Source: Raillietiella orientalis (Eukaryota). From it: DNA of 64,000 bases. Under the pieces are notes generated by a model, which did not search any database, had not been told where the DNA came from, and worked only from the letters and a program-made list of their open reading frames with translations. The position numbers were made by a program, and so were the translations under genes. Position 1 is the stretch's first letter. Each line of letters opens with the position of its first letter. Location: positions 496,001 to 560,000 of the forward strand of contig JAYWIR010000021.1 of assembly GCA_036172245.1 (NCBI GenBank), given 5' to 3'. This document shows, in pieces, positions 1-12,900 of this stretch.

Positions 1-112
1 TCACAGCTCTTTCGCTCCCTTTTGGGGGACAAAAGGGAAGTTCCGAGGGAACCACCACCGCACAGGCTTTAATTCGTTAGCAGCGCGACTTTTCCGATTT
101 GGCATTTGTCTC

Positions 113-201
113 TTTTTTTCCTTTTTTTTTTCTTTTTTTTTTTTTGTTGCTGCTGCTGCTGCTGCTGCTTTTCCTTCCCCCCCCCCCCTCCTCCTCCTCC
201 C
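113..201. repeat. Compound simple repeat: poly-T, (TGC)7, poly-C, (CCT)n
   Basis: Read directly; (TGC)7 at 148-168. Explains the low-complexity ORFs 1..237 and 106..297. Confidence 0.9.
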
Positions 202-859
202 TATGACACCGTTGCTGCTGGGTGCACGATACTTCACGCGGAACAGGAAAACGAAAATCTCCGTTCTATAAATAAAAACAGCTCTCCTCGAGTCTGATTC
301 TGCATGGCCATTTCATCGCCGTCTGATTTCCATCTCATTCCGTGATTGAGTGCACCGAAGTCCCGGGCGGAAGTGGAAATAAGTTAGGAAGCCGTTCGAG
401 CAGTTGGCAGGCCTTAATGGCGAGTTATCATTTTGAGATCATCAGCGCCAGAAGCTGCACGAGGACCACGTGGGCTTTTCTCAGAATAACTAGAAATGCA
501 GCTACTGGTTTGCGTGTGTCGCAAACACACATTAGTGTACAATGCATTTATTTCATCCTTGCTGGTAGTAAGGCATCACACACACGAGAACGAGAAGCAA
601 GCAGAATCGGCGTCTGCAGTGCTTCGACATGAGTAGGCGAGGTGGACCGTAGAAGGGAAATCCTCCTTAGAAAGCATAAATTCGGAATCGTACAGACAAA
701 TCAGCCAGTAGAGGAATTATTCGTTTTCTTTATTCGTTGATTTCAAAAAGGGAAAAGCGGATCGAAATGTGAGGAAACGATCACGGTGTTGGTTTCACAC
801 TTCAGCAGGTATGTGATTCTTTCACGTTGATGGGGTCACAGAGACCCAATTTGCTTTCG

Positions 860-1110
860 TATTATACTGCTTCCTCCAAATGCTCTTTAGAAGGAATGCT
901 CTTGTAGGATGCGAAAGAGTTCGGTACAGCCAATCATATTGGTCTTGAAAAAATGGCTGAACACGTGGTCCAGATGCGACGAACGTGGCAGCGCTGGTTG
1001 TAGAATACCAAATAATCGGGCCAACGTATTGAGAGCCGCGGCTGCAGGATTCTTTGGATAAGGAATCTCTTTCTTTAGCACGGTTTTCCATCAAAACCCG
1101 TGGAAACGAA
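860..1110 (-). mobile_element. Decayed hAT transposase, C-terminal dimerisation region
   Basis: Minus strand across frameshifts reads GF*WK..KEIPYP..TLARLF / TTSAATFVAS / DHVFS..FLLKS, resembling hAT consensus WWK..YP.LA.LA..YL..PATSV.SERVFS..LFLK (TGG>TGA decay). May extend to ~1750. Confidence 0.5.
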
Positions 1111-4100
1111 GACTGCACTACCGAGGAAGAGCCACTGGATTTGCTTCTTGCCAAAATCAAACTATTTCAGGATGTGATCGCATTTTCTTTCCGGCGCTTC
1201 GGTGCTGACATTTATCAAGGATTTGTTCACCAACATTTCCTCGCTTAAGCAACTTGCTGCAATGTTTGCTTCAGCAAGCAAGCAAACACTGCAGTCTTGA
1301 AAGTGCCTCAGTTGGCTGCTCGACACAGGCCGGGAAATTATGGGGCAGGCGGGCCTTCCACCGGTAGCACGGGGATGCCTCCAGCACTCGTCTTCTTCCA
1401 CGAGCATGTTTGCATCTGATCCCTGGGAAAAAAATTGCCATCCATCATTATGAATTTCCATTCGAGCAGAAAATTCCCGTGTTGTGAATAATATTGCCAA
1501 CATGCTTATTTTTTCTAAGCATGCATCAATTCAAAATAAAGTCCTCCTTAGAGATCGAGCAATGGCGACCGATACGAGAGGTTTAAAATACATGTTACTC
1601 GCTTGACACATGTTGCTTTCGTCCTTCCTTCTTGATTATGTGACATCCCATGCGAGGAAAGGAACTTTCCGGAAATTTGGGGAACCCTGAGATAGGCGTG
1701 GGCAGCTTTCGGCTGGTCGCAGCATTCGTGAAGGATACGCACAAACTGTCTGCATGGATTTATGAGGCAAAAGATTACTGACGACAGAAATGCTTAGAAA
1801 ACGGATATTCCAATGGGGAGGCGGAAATCCAAATCACCCATACAAAGGAAGTGTCAGTACATCAGCACAACTTTGAAAGAGGAATCAGATGAATTGGTGG
1901 GTAGTAACTCAACAGATGAAAAACATGGAATCACAGCCGTCCACCCATTGAATGGAGTGGAAGCTCATTATTGCCTATAATTGTAGTAAATGTTGCGGTA
2001 AACTTCATTTGAGGGCTGGAAACGAACCAAAGCAAATTCTTCCCTCCCTGCGATCCGGGCGGAAGTTCAGGGGGTTTCCAACAAATCCTGCATTACGTTG
2101 CGATTTTTCCACAGCGTTGATTTGGGTCTTGCAACCACATTGATGACCTTTCCATTTTCGAGTTTTCCACAGGCATCTTCTCTTCGCGATTTCAAAAGTT
2201 TTCAATATGTGGCTGTGATTATGAAGGCATAAATAAGGAAATTTTGCAACCTACTGCTTGTTTGGAGCATTTTCTCAAACGATATTCCTCTACATAAATT
2301 GGACGTGATGTTTAGGTTAAGCTCGGTATGCTTTCGCAGAAATTCCTAAGGTTCTACCCAGAGGAACTTTGCAAAGCACAAATGAAGGAATCTTAGATCT
2401 TGGCAAAAGAGCATCCTCAGGTAAAGGCATGCGGAGTGTGACGATGCTGAAAATGAAACCTGGGAAACTTCTTGGTTTCATGGGAAAGCTGCTCTGCTCT
2501 CATGATGAGAGAATTTTTTCTTGGGAATTTTTTTTTTGTTTTTTTGATTTCATTCCACTGCCAAAGCAAAACTTTATTGATGGTGTATTTTTGTAATAAT
2601 TAGAAACACACACTTGGAAACGTCAAGCGTAAAAATGTTCTTGAAAAAGAATCCATAGATATTCCAAGTGACAAGGGTAGTGGTAGAAGCAGAAATCAGA
2701 TGCATTTGCTCTTGGCAACCTGGGAAGAACTCGTAAAGATGACTTGATTATCATCTTTTCTGCATTCTAGTTAATCCCGTTATCACAAGTGGAGGATTTT
2801 CTAAGCAAATACGAACGCCTTAGTTTTCGTCGAATCCTGCAAACTTTCTGATGAATTTTGTAAGGACCAATGGAAACAACGATGAATCTTTGGCGATATT
2901 GGAAAGGCACTTTTGAGAGGCTATCAGCATCAAAATAATGCTGGTAATTTCGAAGATGGAATTCAGTGCAGAAAGGAGACACAGCACTCGAGCAGACGAA
3001 GCAAACGAACGGGTTTTTTGTTTTTGTTTTTGATTTTTTGTCCATGGCAACTGTTCATTTTACCAATGCAGCGAACAAACGAATTCACGACAGCATTGCT
3101 ATTGATTCTTGGAACATCCATCTCCTATGTTTTAAAACCACATCAGATGCATAACATCAATTCGATGTGCCTGTGTCGCTGGGGCAATATTTCTTTAGGA
3201 GATAGCTTGTCTATTACGTGTCTAATAGCTACGTCGTACATGGCCATTTTGTCAGCTCAAGCTCGTCGTTTTCTAATATCAAAAGGCATTTTTTCAATGG
3301 AAAATTGTCGATTTTGAATATAAGGCTCCAGTAGAAAATTCTAGAAAACGACACTGACATCCCCAAGATATCTCATCACTAATCGAATTTACTTTAAGCA
3401 ACATGATAGCGTGACTGGAGTTCTGAAGTGTGCTTCTTCGAATTACAAAGAAATGAAAGAAAAGTAAAGAAGAAGGAAAAAAATCGCTTCTTGTGATTCG
3501 CTAAGAAGTGCAAATGAATAATAGCACTCCGTCTAGTGACCTTGATTCAAGTCACCCATGGAGAGATCCAACACTGACACTGATATTTGCAGGCGAATAG
3601 CAAAGTATCCTTTCTAGCCAACCGAAGCTCTATTTCCACATTTTGATATAACACGGCCACCTTCAGAAATTGCTTATGCTAAAGTGTTTGGCGAGGCGCG
3701 CAGCTGGGCTTCCAAGCAGAGGACGTTTTCTGCTGCTCCGCGTGCAACGTGCCTGGCAATGCAGCACGCCCCCACCATCTTCGCAGCACTTCCCGTTGTG
3801 ATTCTTCTTCACCGCAGCCGTGGTCTCCGTGCACGGACGGGTTGCTTTCTTCTCGAGACAGCATGCATCTTCTTTAGAAGTATTGGAAGTTCTCACAGTG
3901 TTAATCCTGAATCCGAATGGTGTCCGATGGGAGCACCCGGAAATAAAAATCATTGTATACTCAAATACCGGTCACTTGGTCAGTTTCGGTTTTGGAGACT
4001 CTTTGAGGCCCTGCAGAGCCGACAGTAGCCGATTTTGCAGCCGAGTGGCCATTTCCTGCCTCTGTATTTTGGATGTAATGCAATTAGGTGTTACGGCTGC

Positions 4101-4769
4101 CTTCTCCAAGAAGAGCAGCATTCGGTGTGATGGAAAGTTTTCAAAGCTTTTGCTGACTTGGAAGTTGAGATTATATCGACGTCGCAGGGAATTATGCTTC
4201 ACGTTTGGTCACTTTCATTGGCGAAAAATACTTTTTTATTTCCGTATTTTCGGAAACGGGCAAGATGCAGGCATCGGTTTGATCAGCTACTATTACTGTA
4301 GAAAAAGTGTCTAAGAAATGTTTCGTGTGTCCTGACTTTTCGTTCTGGGCTTCTCGTTTCTTTTTTGTTCGCGGAAGATTACAGCTGCCAAACGTAGTAA
4401 AAGATAATACGAGCGAACGTTTTTCTGCATGCCCTCCTACGGCAGTTCCACGCTCTGGAGGAGGCGGTGCACTCTGCGTTGCGTCCAAACATCCTCCTTG
4501 AGAAACTTCTGGAATCTTTTCTTCCCCTGCGTCTTCCTTGCGTAAGATTTCGATCGTTTTCAGTGGTAAAAACAATCTGTGCTCCCTCACTTGCGTGCTC
4601 AGCTACGAACATGGCTTCTACGATCTGCGCCTGGCACTTGGAAGGTGACCGCCCACCACTATGCACGGGAGACCCCCTCTCCCAGCAAATGGAGCCGGTT
4701 GGCCTAATCATTCGGGCGTGGCACCGGCGGTGGATTAAGCCGGAGGCCCGCGATGAAGGCCGGAACAAT

Positions 4770-5291
4770 GGGAGTCGACCTTCGGGTCCTCCCAGGAATC
4801 CAAGGAGTGAGGAATTCCCCCTCCGGTCGTACAACGGAGAGCGGACCTCCTCACCGGGGGATCCCTCCGGTTTCAAGATGGAGCAGGAGCCTTCACAGGC
4901 AGCTCCCCAGTTGTTTAAAGGAGCGGACCCCCCCGTTGCGGGGGTGACCCTCCGAGTCGTCGCATCTTCACAGAGTGCAAGGAAGCAAGCGAGAGCGATT
5001 CCCTGTGGGAAGCTGCAGCGCTCCTTCTGAGTTTCGGAAGCGTCCCTTCGGGGTTCTCTTCAGAGGAGCGAACAGGAGCGGTTCCTTTCCGGGTTCCCTT
5101 CGGAGAAGTTGAAATGGAGAGGACCACCCCCCTCCGGAGAGAATGAGGGAGGAGATTCCCTTCGGAGACAACCAGGGTTGGAGGTGCGATCCCCCCCATC
5201 CGGGGGGGATCCCTCCCCAAGCGTGAGAGGAACGGACTCCGAGCCCTTCCTGGATTCATAGGGCGGACCCCCATCCCGGGGTGTCCCCTAT
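4770..5291 (+). other. Cluster of related GC-rich hairpins (candidate structured RNA or palindromic repeat array)
   Basis: Hairpins at 4770-4793 (GACC-TTCG-GGTC), 4835-4869, 4920-4953, 5044-5053 (CCC-TTCG-GGG), 5180-5216 (GATCCCCCCC-ATCC-GGGGGGGATC), 5258-5291; several share GGAG-cGGA-C(n)-loop-G(n)-TCC-CTCC. Confidence 0.55.
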
Positions 5292-6933
5292 CCTGAAGAA
5301 TTACACACACCCCTGCGGGTTGCCGCGGGCGGAGAGGCGTGGAAACAAAACAGTGCGTTAAAAAAGAGCCACGTGCGTCGCGAGGCAAGCGGCCGGCTCT
5401 CGAGGTTACTTAGCGAACCAAAAAAAAGAAAACTTAAAAAAAAAAAGCTGAAGGAAAAACAGCATACAGAAGAAAAAAGAACCCAAGGGTTTCCATCGTC
5501 CTAGGCCAATAGTCACGATCTCCTCGTGGGGGTCGCTACTGGCCTTTGAAAAAAAAAAAAAAAGCAAATGGCTGCAGCAACATCCCTTTGGTGAGGGAAC
5601 CGAGCACCACTCCGGACACTGCCAGGGAAGCCTCCTCCTCGACATGGTGAGACCCCCCGTGCTCTCTCGCCGTGATGGTCGTTACGTTGCCCTCCCCCCT
5701 CCGTGACCACACTCTTCGCCAGTGGATTCGGCGAATTCGCCTCTCCCACAGCGCCCTGACGGAGTCTTTCGTGGTGCAGATTTCCGCATCCACTTGAGAG
5801 ATTCACCGCCGAAAAAACAAAAACGTACTTTGCCCGTGCTGAAACATTCCGTGCAGCAAAACACCTTGCAATGTTCACCCCCCCCTTCTTATCCACACTT
5901 TTGTGAAGCACACGTTGGCCACGAAAGCCTTCCCTAAAGGGAAACGAATCTTTCGGTTTCAAAATTTTTTATTTATCCATGATTTCTCTCTCGTTTTTTT
6001 TTTCTTCTTTTTTTTTTTTTTACTTTCGCTATGCAATGGCGATAAAAATACGATATTGAAATGCTGCTGCTCGCACACTGCAGTAATAAAACTCTGCAAG
6101 TCACTGTCGTGTGTTTGCTTATTTTGAACACAACAACGGAAAACTGTCTAGAAAAAAATAAAAAAAAAACGTATAAAACCGAAAGCCAGCCAATGACAAA
6201 CTGTTCAAAATCCTTTCCCCAATGAATTACTGCGCGGTGGTTGCATAGCTGCCTGGTAAGTAGCATTTTTGCACGGGGGAAGAATGTGTTTCTCCGCATC
6301 CGACATGTAGGAGGAGGAATGTTCGTTTCCAAGGAGCTGCCCCTGCTCTGCATCTCCGTGCGGTAATTTTACACTCCACTCTTCCACGCCATGCATCATG
6401 AGGTGACGACATCCTCCGCAGCTGACGGGGAAACCAAAGGCAGAAGGATGGAGGGGTCTGCGTTCTTGCACTTTGAGGGCTGTGCAAGAAACACGAGCCA
6501 CGCCGGTTCCGGGAGACTCCCGGGCTTCCCCCGAAGGGAAAGGGAAGCACCACTTCCTCCACCTTTATCACATCGTACTTGCTCTCCTCCGTTTCTGGAT
6601 TTCGCAAGGATCACACTCTCCGCATTCAGGAAGAAAGTGGAACATATTCACAGCACGTGCCTCACATCACAGAAAAAAAAAAAACGATCGCCATCACGGT
6701 CTGCATTTCAGTCTAGTTGTCATGCATACTGGCTGACGCCTATCACAAGATTCCCTACTGAACATGGCATTTCCTGAGCTGTCTTGTGCATTCCCGTATC
6801 GGCGCATGCAGAAGAACGGATGAATGTTTACGCACTATTGGATTCCTAAATGGGCTATCACTAGTGCACACTGTGAACTGTGAAACGGAGTAAGTAGTAT
6901 ACTGGGTAAGTAGTTGTTCACAAAGTATTCATC

Positions 6934-9900
6934 TCAAGAGTCAGAAAGCAGAATAGGAGAAGGTGCTGGTCCGGCAGGGCAATTATGATAAAATGATCTT
7001 TCTGTGGATGGGGACGGAGGGCACGAAGTTTCATCACTTAAAAAATGGGACCGCGGGGTGGGTGGAGGGGGAAACGTATCTCCATCATAAAAATAAGTAC
7101 AAGAGTCTGACTCATCACAGAAATCTGTTGAGTACGGAGTTGGCGGTGGAGGATGATTATGGGAATTGTAATGCTTGTAGGACCGAGCTGGCAAATAAGA
7201 ACGAGTGTGAACTTCTGTTACAGGACTTGGGGGTGGATTACGTATCTGGGGAAAATGTGCAGATGAGCTGCTCGAACTACTACCAGCTATCACATAGGGA
7301 AGTTTACACTGAAGAACCTGACACCTTGGTACATCTTCTGAATGGTGCAAAGCTGCTGCATCTCTCTTAGGCAAAGAAGAATAAGACACATAGGGGGCTG
7401 TTTCATTGTAAGAAAGGCCCCTTCTTGCTCCCATCTGTTGTTGTGCTTTCCCATTCTGCATTTTTTTTTTGCAAACAAGAATGCCAACGAACAATACTGC
7501 TAGCACAAGGAGCCCTACAAGTACTCCAGCTATGTAGCTGTACTTTTGTGAGCTTTGCAAGTGCTGTAATCCACAAGCTGCTGGTGCTTCATCACTTCCA
7601 TCTTGGCAGTATACGTTACCATTGCATAATTCATCAACCGGAATGCAAGACTTGGATGTACGACAGTACCAGAAATCTGGACTGCAACAGTGTTCATCTG
7701 AGCCATCAACACAGTGTAAAACATTATCACATTCCAATTCTTGATCCAAGCATTCCCCTGTCACACACTGAAACTGGTTCGGTCGACAAGCAGATGGACA
7801 GTTCATTTCATCACTGTGATCTTTACATTCTGATTGACCATCACAACGCCAACTCAATGGGATACACTGATGTCCATTATGACAGGAGAATTCAGCTCCC
7901 ATGCAGGGAGGTGGTTCTTCACAAACACCATTTTCGAACTTTAGAATTAATGAGCTGGGACATGCACACTGGGCTCCCCCATCTGCATTTATCAAGCATA
8001 TATGAGAACAGGAATTCTTTTTGGGATGACATGCAGAATTGGCGATGGATTGATCCATTTGCACAATGAGAATGTCAGACAGATGGGGCACATGGTCACG
8101 GATAACCATTTGTTCTGAACCACTAAGTTTACCCAGTCGCTCGATAAGCTGCAATTCTTTATCCATCCAAAACAACTGGTTATCTAAGATTGCAAGGGAA
8201 GTTGCATGCAATACACGTGCAGCAAGAAGAACTACACGTCCACTACCCTCCAAATTACTGTATTCAATCTGCTGCAGTTTCACATCCGCCCAAAATAATA
8301 GATTATCTTTCTGATCCACAATAAGAGCTGTAGGCTGTTGCAAACCCTTCACTATAACAACACACTGACTGCCATCCAGTCGACAACGCACTATTTCACT
8401 AGACGTTACGTGATTAGTCCAAAATAACAATCCTTTATGAAAATGAAGTGCTAGATGCCGTGGTTTTTCCCCTTGTCCTCGTCCACCAACAACAATACCA
8501 ACAGAACTGCCATCAACACGTGACACATTAATAGTGTCATGTCGAGAGCAACTCCAGAATAACAAATGATTCACAATATCAAATGCCAAGTCATAGGGAT
8601 GATACATGTTACCGGTATTGGGAAGAAAGATTCCTAAGTACGAAAATTATCATAATGATTGCCTTGTATCAGCATACCTAGATAGGTCCCATTATCCATG
8701 GCATGTCGAATTGTCCAAGTACGTCCTTCAATCCAAAAAATAATATGATTCCATGGATCATAGGCCATGGCTTGAATACTTTTGAGGGTTCTGAGTGGTA
8801 GCACAATTTCTGGGCTGTCTGCAGGCTCTAAAAGCAGCCTAGTGATATGCTGCTTTTGGCTAAAGAGAAGAAACGTGGCAGGTGGAAAACATTGCTTTAG
8901 GTTGTCATCCCATGAATAATGAGCTGGGCAACCACATGCCATCCCATCTGGGATCACTAAACAAAGGTGATGACACTTTTTGCTGCCATCCACACAAGCA
9001 TTCCAGCCTGTCTGCCTGCCTGCATGATACACAAGTAGATCAAGAGTAAAATGCATATTATTTTGAATGCGAGTTCTTCCACTGCCATCCCACTTATTAG
9101 CTCGTTCTATGAAAGCTGTAGACCAATCTGACCAGTAGATATGATCCTATATACCAGTACTGTACAGCATATGTTTTCCTAAACTCTACATACCTCATAA
9201 ATGGCTAATGAATGTGGATTATGTAAATCATGAGTAATTATGGACTTGACACTGGAACCATCTAACGATGCTTTTACAATTATTTTCTGATCACTATTAA
9301 TCCAGTACAGGGTGTCTTCTTTATAATCAATCGAAAGTTGCAGTACACGGCCTACAGCATCAAAGAGGACTAAGCGGTTCGATCCATCCATGGAGGCTTG
9401 TTCCACATTCGGTCGTGATCCCCAATTACTCCAATACATTAGCCTTCCTCCCATTTCAGTACATTATGCAGTGATATCAACGCATACCCTTTTCTAGGAT
9501 CCAGTGCAAGACTTCTCGGACTGTCAAGATCTTTCCAAATCAAAACGCGACGGGAGGAGCCATCCAGACGGGATACTTCGATACGGTTATTGCCTGTATC
9601 TGTCCAGTATAGATTGCGACTCAACCAATCCACAGCCACACTCTCTGGGAACTCTAGGCCAAACTCAATAACTGGCTCCTGCTGAGATCCATTTATATAA
9701 GCTCGGGAAATAGTTTTCAAACCAATATCAGACCAGTATATACGGCTATCGTGAAAATCGTAATCCAATGCACTAAAATCATCTAATTATCCAGATCAAA
9801 AGAGGAGGCATCTTACCTTGCTTCTTTAATTCCAGTTAGAGGGATCACACTACCTGCATGCTTTTTTTCTAAGCTAACGCGACGAATGTCTTCTTTGTGT

Positions 9901-12900
9901 GACAAAAGAAGAAATGCTTCAGGAACTACACAGTTCTGGCCATCTTGTTTTAATTCATACCCGAACGGGCAACTGCAAACATGACCATGTGGGCGATATA
10001 AACATATATGACTGCAGTCGCCGTTATTTTTTGCACATGAATTAGTGCCCAAAGGTGACGACACATTCACAGCCTTATTACTGATGAGCCAAAAATCCAA
10101 AAGAAAACCACTCTTTACCTTTAGACCCATCAGATCTGGAAGATGCTCAATAATCACCGTACGTTCACCACCATCAGTCTTTCTCACTCTTTCGATGCTA
10201 CGATGTTGCCAATCTGTCCAATAAAGAAAATCTCCCAACAGTGTCAATCCATATGCATGTGGCAAAGAATCACCAACAACAACACGACGATTGTCACCAT
10301 TCATATCAATTGCCTACATAACTCATTTCTTGCCATTCAAAATTAGGTCACAATCTACCTCGATTTTATCTGTTTTTGCATCACACCAGTACACGGTATG
10401 CATGCTATGATCCAAAGCAATACCATTAGGCCACACAATAGTGGTGTTGACTAGCACAAAACGCTTTGTTCCATCCAAATATGAGCCCTCGATCCTTGCA
10501 TTTGTACCCCAATCAGACCAAAACATCAAACCCAGCACTGGATCAATTGCAATTGCTCTTGGTTCCTCTAAACCTTCACTTATAATAACCTACGATTAAA
10601 AAATGGAAATCAGCTATCAAAAAAATCAACTTAACAAACAACCTTTCTAAATGATCCATTCAATCGCACCACCTCAATACGATCGGTTTCCGCATCTGTC
10701 CAATAAAGATTTCGTGCAATCCAGTCAACAGCGATTCCATCAGGGTAAAATACTTCCGATGATACTACATCCTTCTGATCTTTACCATTCACTGCTGCTC
10801 TACGAATACATCTCTCCTAGTGTGCGATTAAATATACGTTTGAATAAATGAAGATATATTTAATCATATTTTTCCTAAGAATAAATACCTGATCATCTGC
10901 CCAATAAACCTTCTTTTCAACTGGATCATAATCAACTGCTACTGCATGTTTAATGTTTTGTAATGGCAAAAGTATGTCAGTAAAGTCTGGTGTATCTAAC
11001 GATATAAGCCTTATATCTGCCCGTTTAGCGAGCAATAATAAAGTCTGAGGTCCATCAGCACAAGTGCTGAAGTTCAAGGAAGGTACTCCAGTAGTACATA
11101 TGCAAGAATAACGTTGTGGTTGGTGAGATGCTACACAAAGATGAGAACATCCTCCATTGTTATCAGTACATGGAGAAGTAGAATACGGTTGCCTCCGTGG
11201 ATCAAACACATGGATTCCCATTGGTGTAATAGAATCTCCAAGCAATACTTTCCTATTATTACCATTCAATTCTATCGTCTGAATTGATCTAAAGAACACA
11301 AAAATTAAAAGCAACAACAAAAGAAGAGTTCACTTCACTTTGCATTCCAGTCAGTCCAATAAAGCTTATTTCCAAATACTGTTAAAAAGAAAGGGTGAGG
11401 CACTAATTTTTCGGCGATATTTATTCTATTTGCTCCTTCAAAATTTGAAGATGACAACACAAACAAATGTGCATCCACCCAGTACAATCGTTTGTTAACA
11501 TAATCAACAGTTAAACCATTTGGCCATTGGATATTTTCTTTTATAATAATGTGTCTTGTTTCTAGATCTCCATCCATACTTCCCCTTTCAATTTTTGGTT
11601 CTTCTCCCCAGTCAGTCCAGAACAATACACTAAAAAACACCATGCAACATACTAAGATAAAACAATTTTTATAAGTTTTCCATTAATACTATTTTTGGAG
11701 CAAAATCAATAAAACCAATGAAATACAATACATGGATCTAATTTTTGTTTTCTTGATAATCACATCATGATTAACCAAAGACATTAATATTTCTGCTCAG
11801 TGTGCGACTTTGGTTGTTAGACACTTCATCATTTGACAGCTAAAGTTCATTTTTCCTTTAACTGCACGATAAATTTTTATCAAATCATAAGATTATTCTG
11901 GTTTCGGTACTACAAGATTATTGGATAAGAGCTAACTATAAATACCATTATTCTTACAATCAGCAGTATTTTGTGTGATGTTACTCATGGTCAACAAAAA
12001 TCAATATAAAACAATAGGCAGCTCCCAGTGAAAGAACAGAACTACTGTCAGCAAGTTACCAAAGCAGAATGCAAAAAGTTGTAGATTAATGAGGAAAGTG
12101 ATACAGTCTAAGGTAAGTATGCTGAATCCACAAATAAATGGATTTCAAGTGGAATAGATATTGTACTTGAATGTTCCAAAACGTATCCAGAAGATATTCA
12201 AAATAACATTAATGAATGAAGTATAACATCAACGATTTGCAAACAAATCACTAGCAAACAAATACAATAATACATAACACGAACAGTAACATAGTTTCTG
12301 TTCATACAGCATACATAAAATGGAGAATTTTTATTAAAGTATCATTACATCAGACCAGAAAAATTCTACTATGCACAGCTGGATTGCATATGATGAAAAC
12401 ATGAGATTTCTGAATTAGAGTGCAAATTCAGAATCAAGTGAGGAAAAGTCTAAGGCATGTATTCCAATGTTGTTAAGTTATTTACAACAAATTAAATAAT
12501 GCTGGTTCCTTGTGTTCTGCAGTGTAACATCATTTCTTTGGTTGAAAAATTCAGTTTTCATGGAAAGACGAAAAAAATTTAAAAACGCAAACTTGCATAA
12601 GATTATAATAAAAGCCAATAAGCAATGTAAAACTGAAGATATCTTTTTAAATTTAAATAATTACCTAGTGGATAATTAGCTGGATGAACCACTTAAGACT
12701 ATCAACAAATGATGAGAAATGTTAAAGCACAACTATGCAGGTTGACAATCACATCAAAACCACCAAGTAACAGTATCATTACATTTACAAAATCAAAATT
12801 TTCACAGTTAGGAAACTGGACGACTTTTCTGATTCTGTAAAAGCTAAATAGCGAAACTGAATTTCAAAGGGCTAAAAAAAAAAAACAAAAACAAAAAAGA

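Noticed and set aside
2700..2960. Charlie/Buster-like hAT fragment (R*LD..VEDFL..DQWKQR.IFGDI)
   Set aside because: Too degenerate to distinguish from chance.
4770..5291. CRISPR array
   Set aside because: Eukaryotic context, repeats not identical, irregular spacing, no cas genes.
6963..8314. Plus-strand ORFs of 135, 214 and 82 aa
   Set aside because: Antisense shadows of the last LRP5/6 exon.
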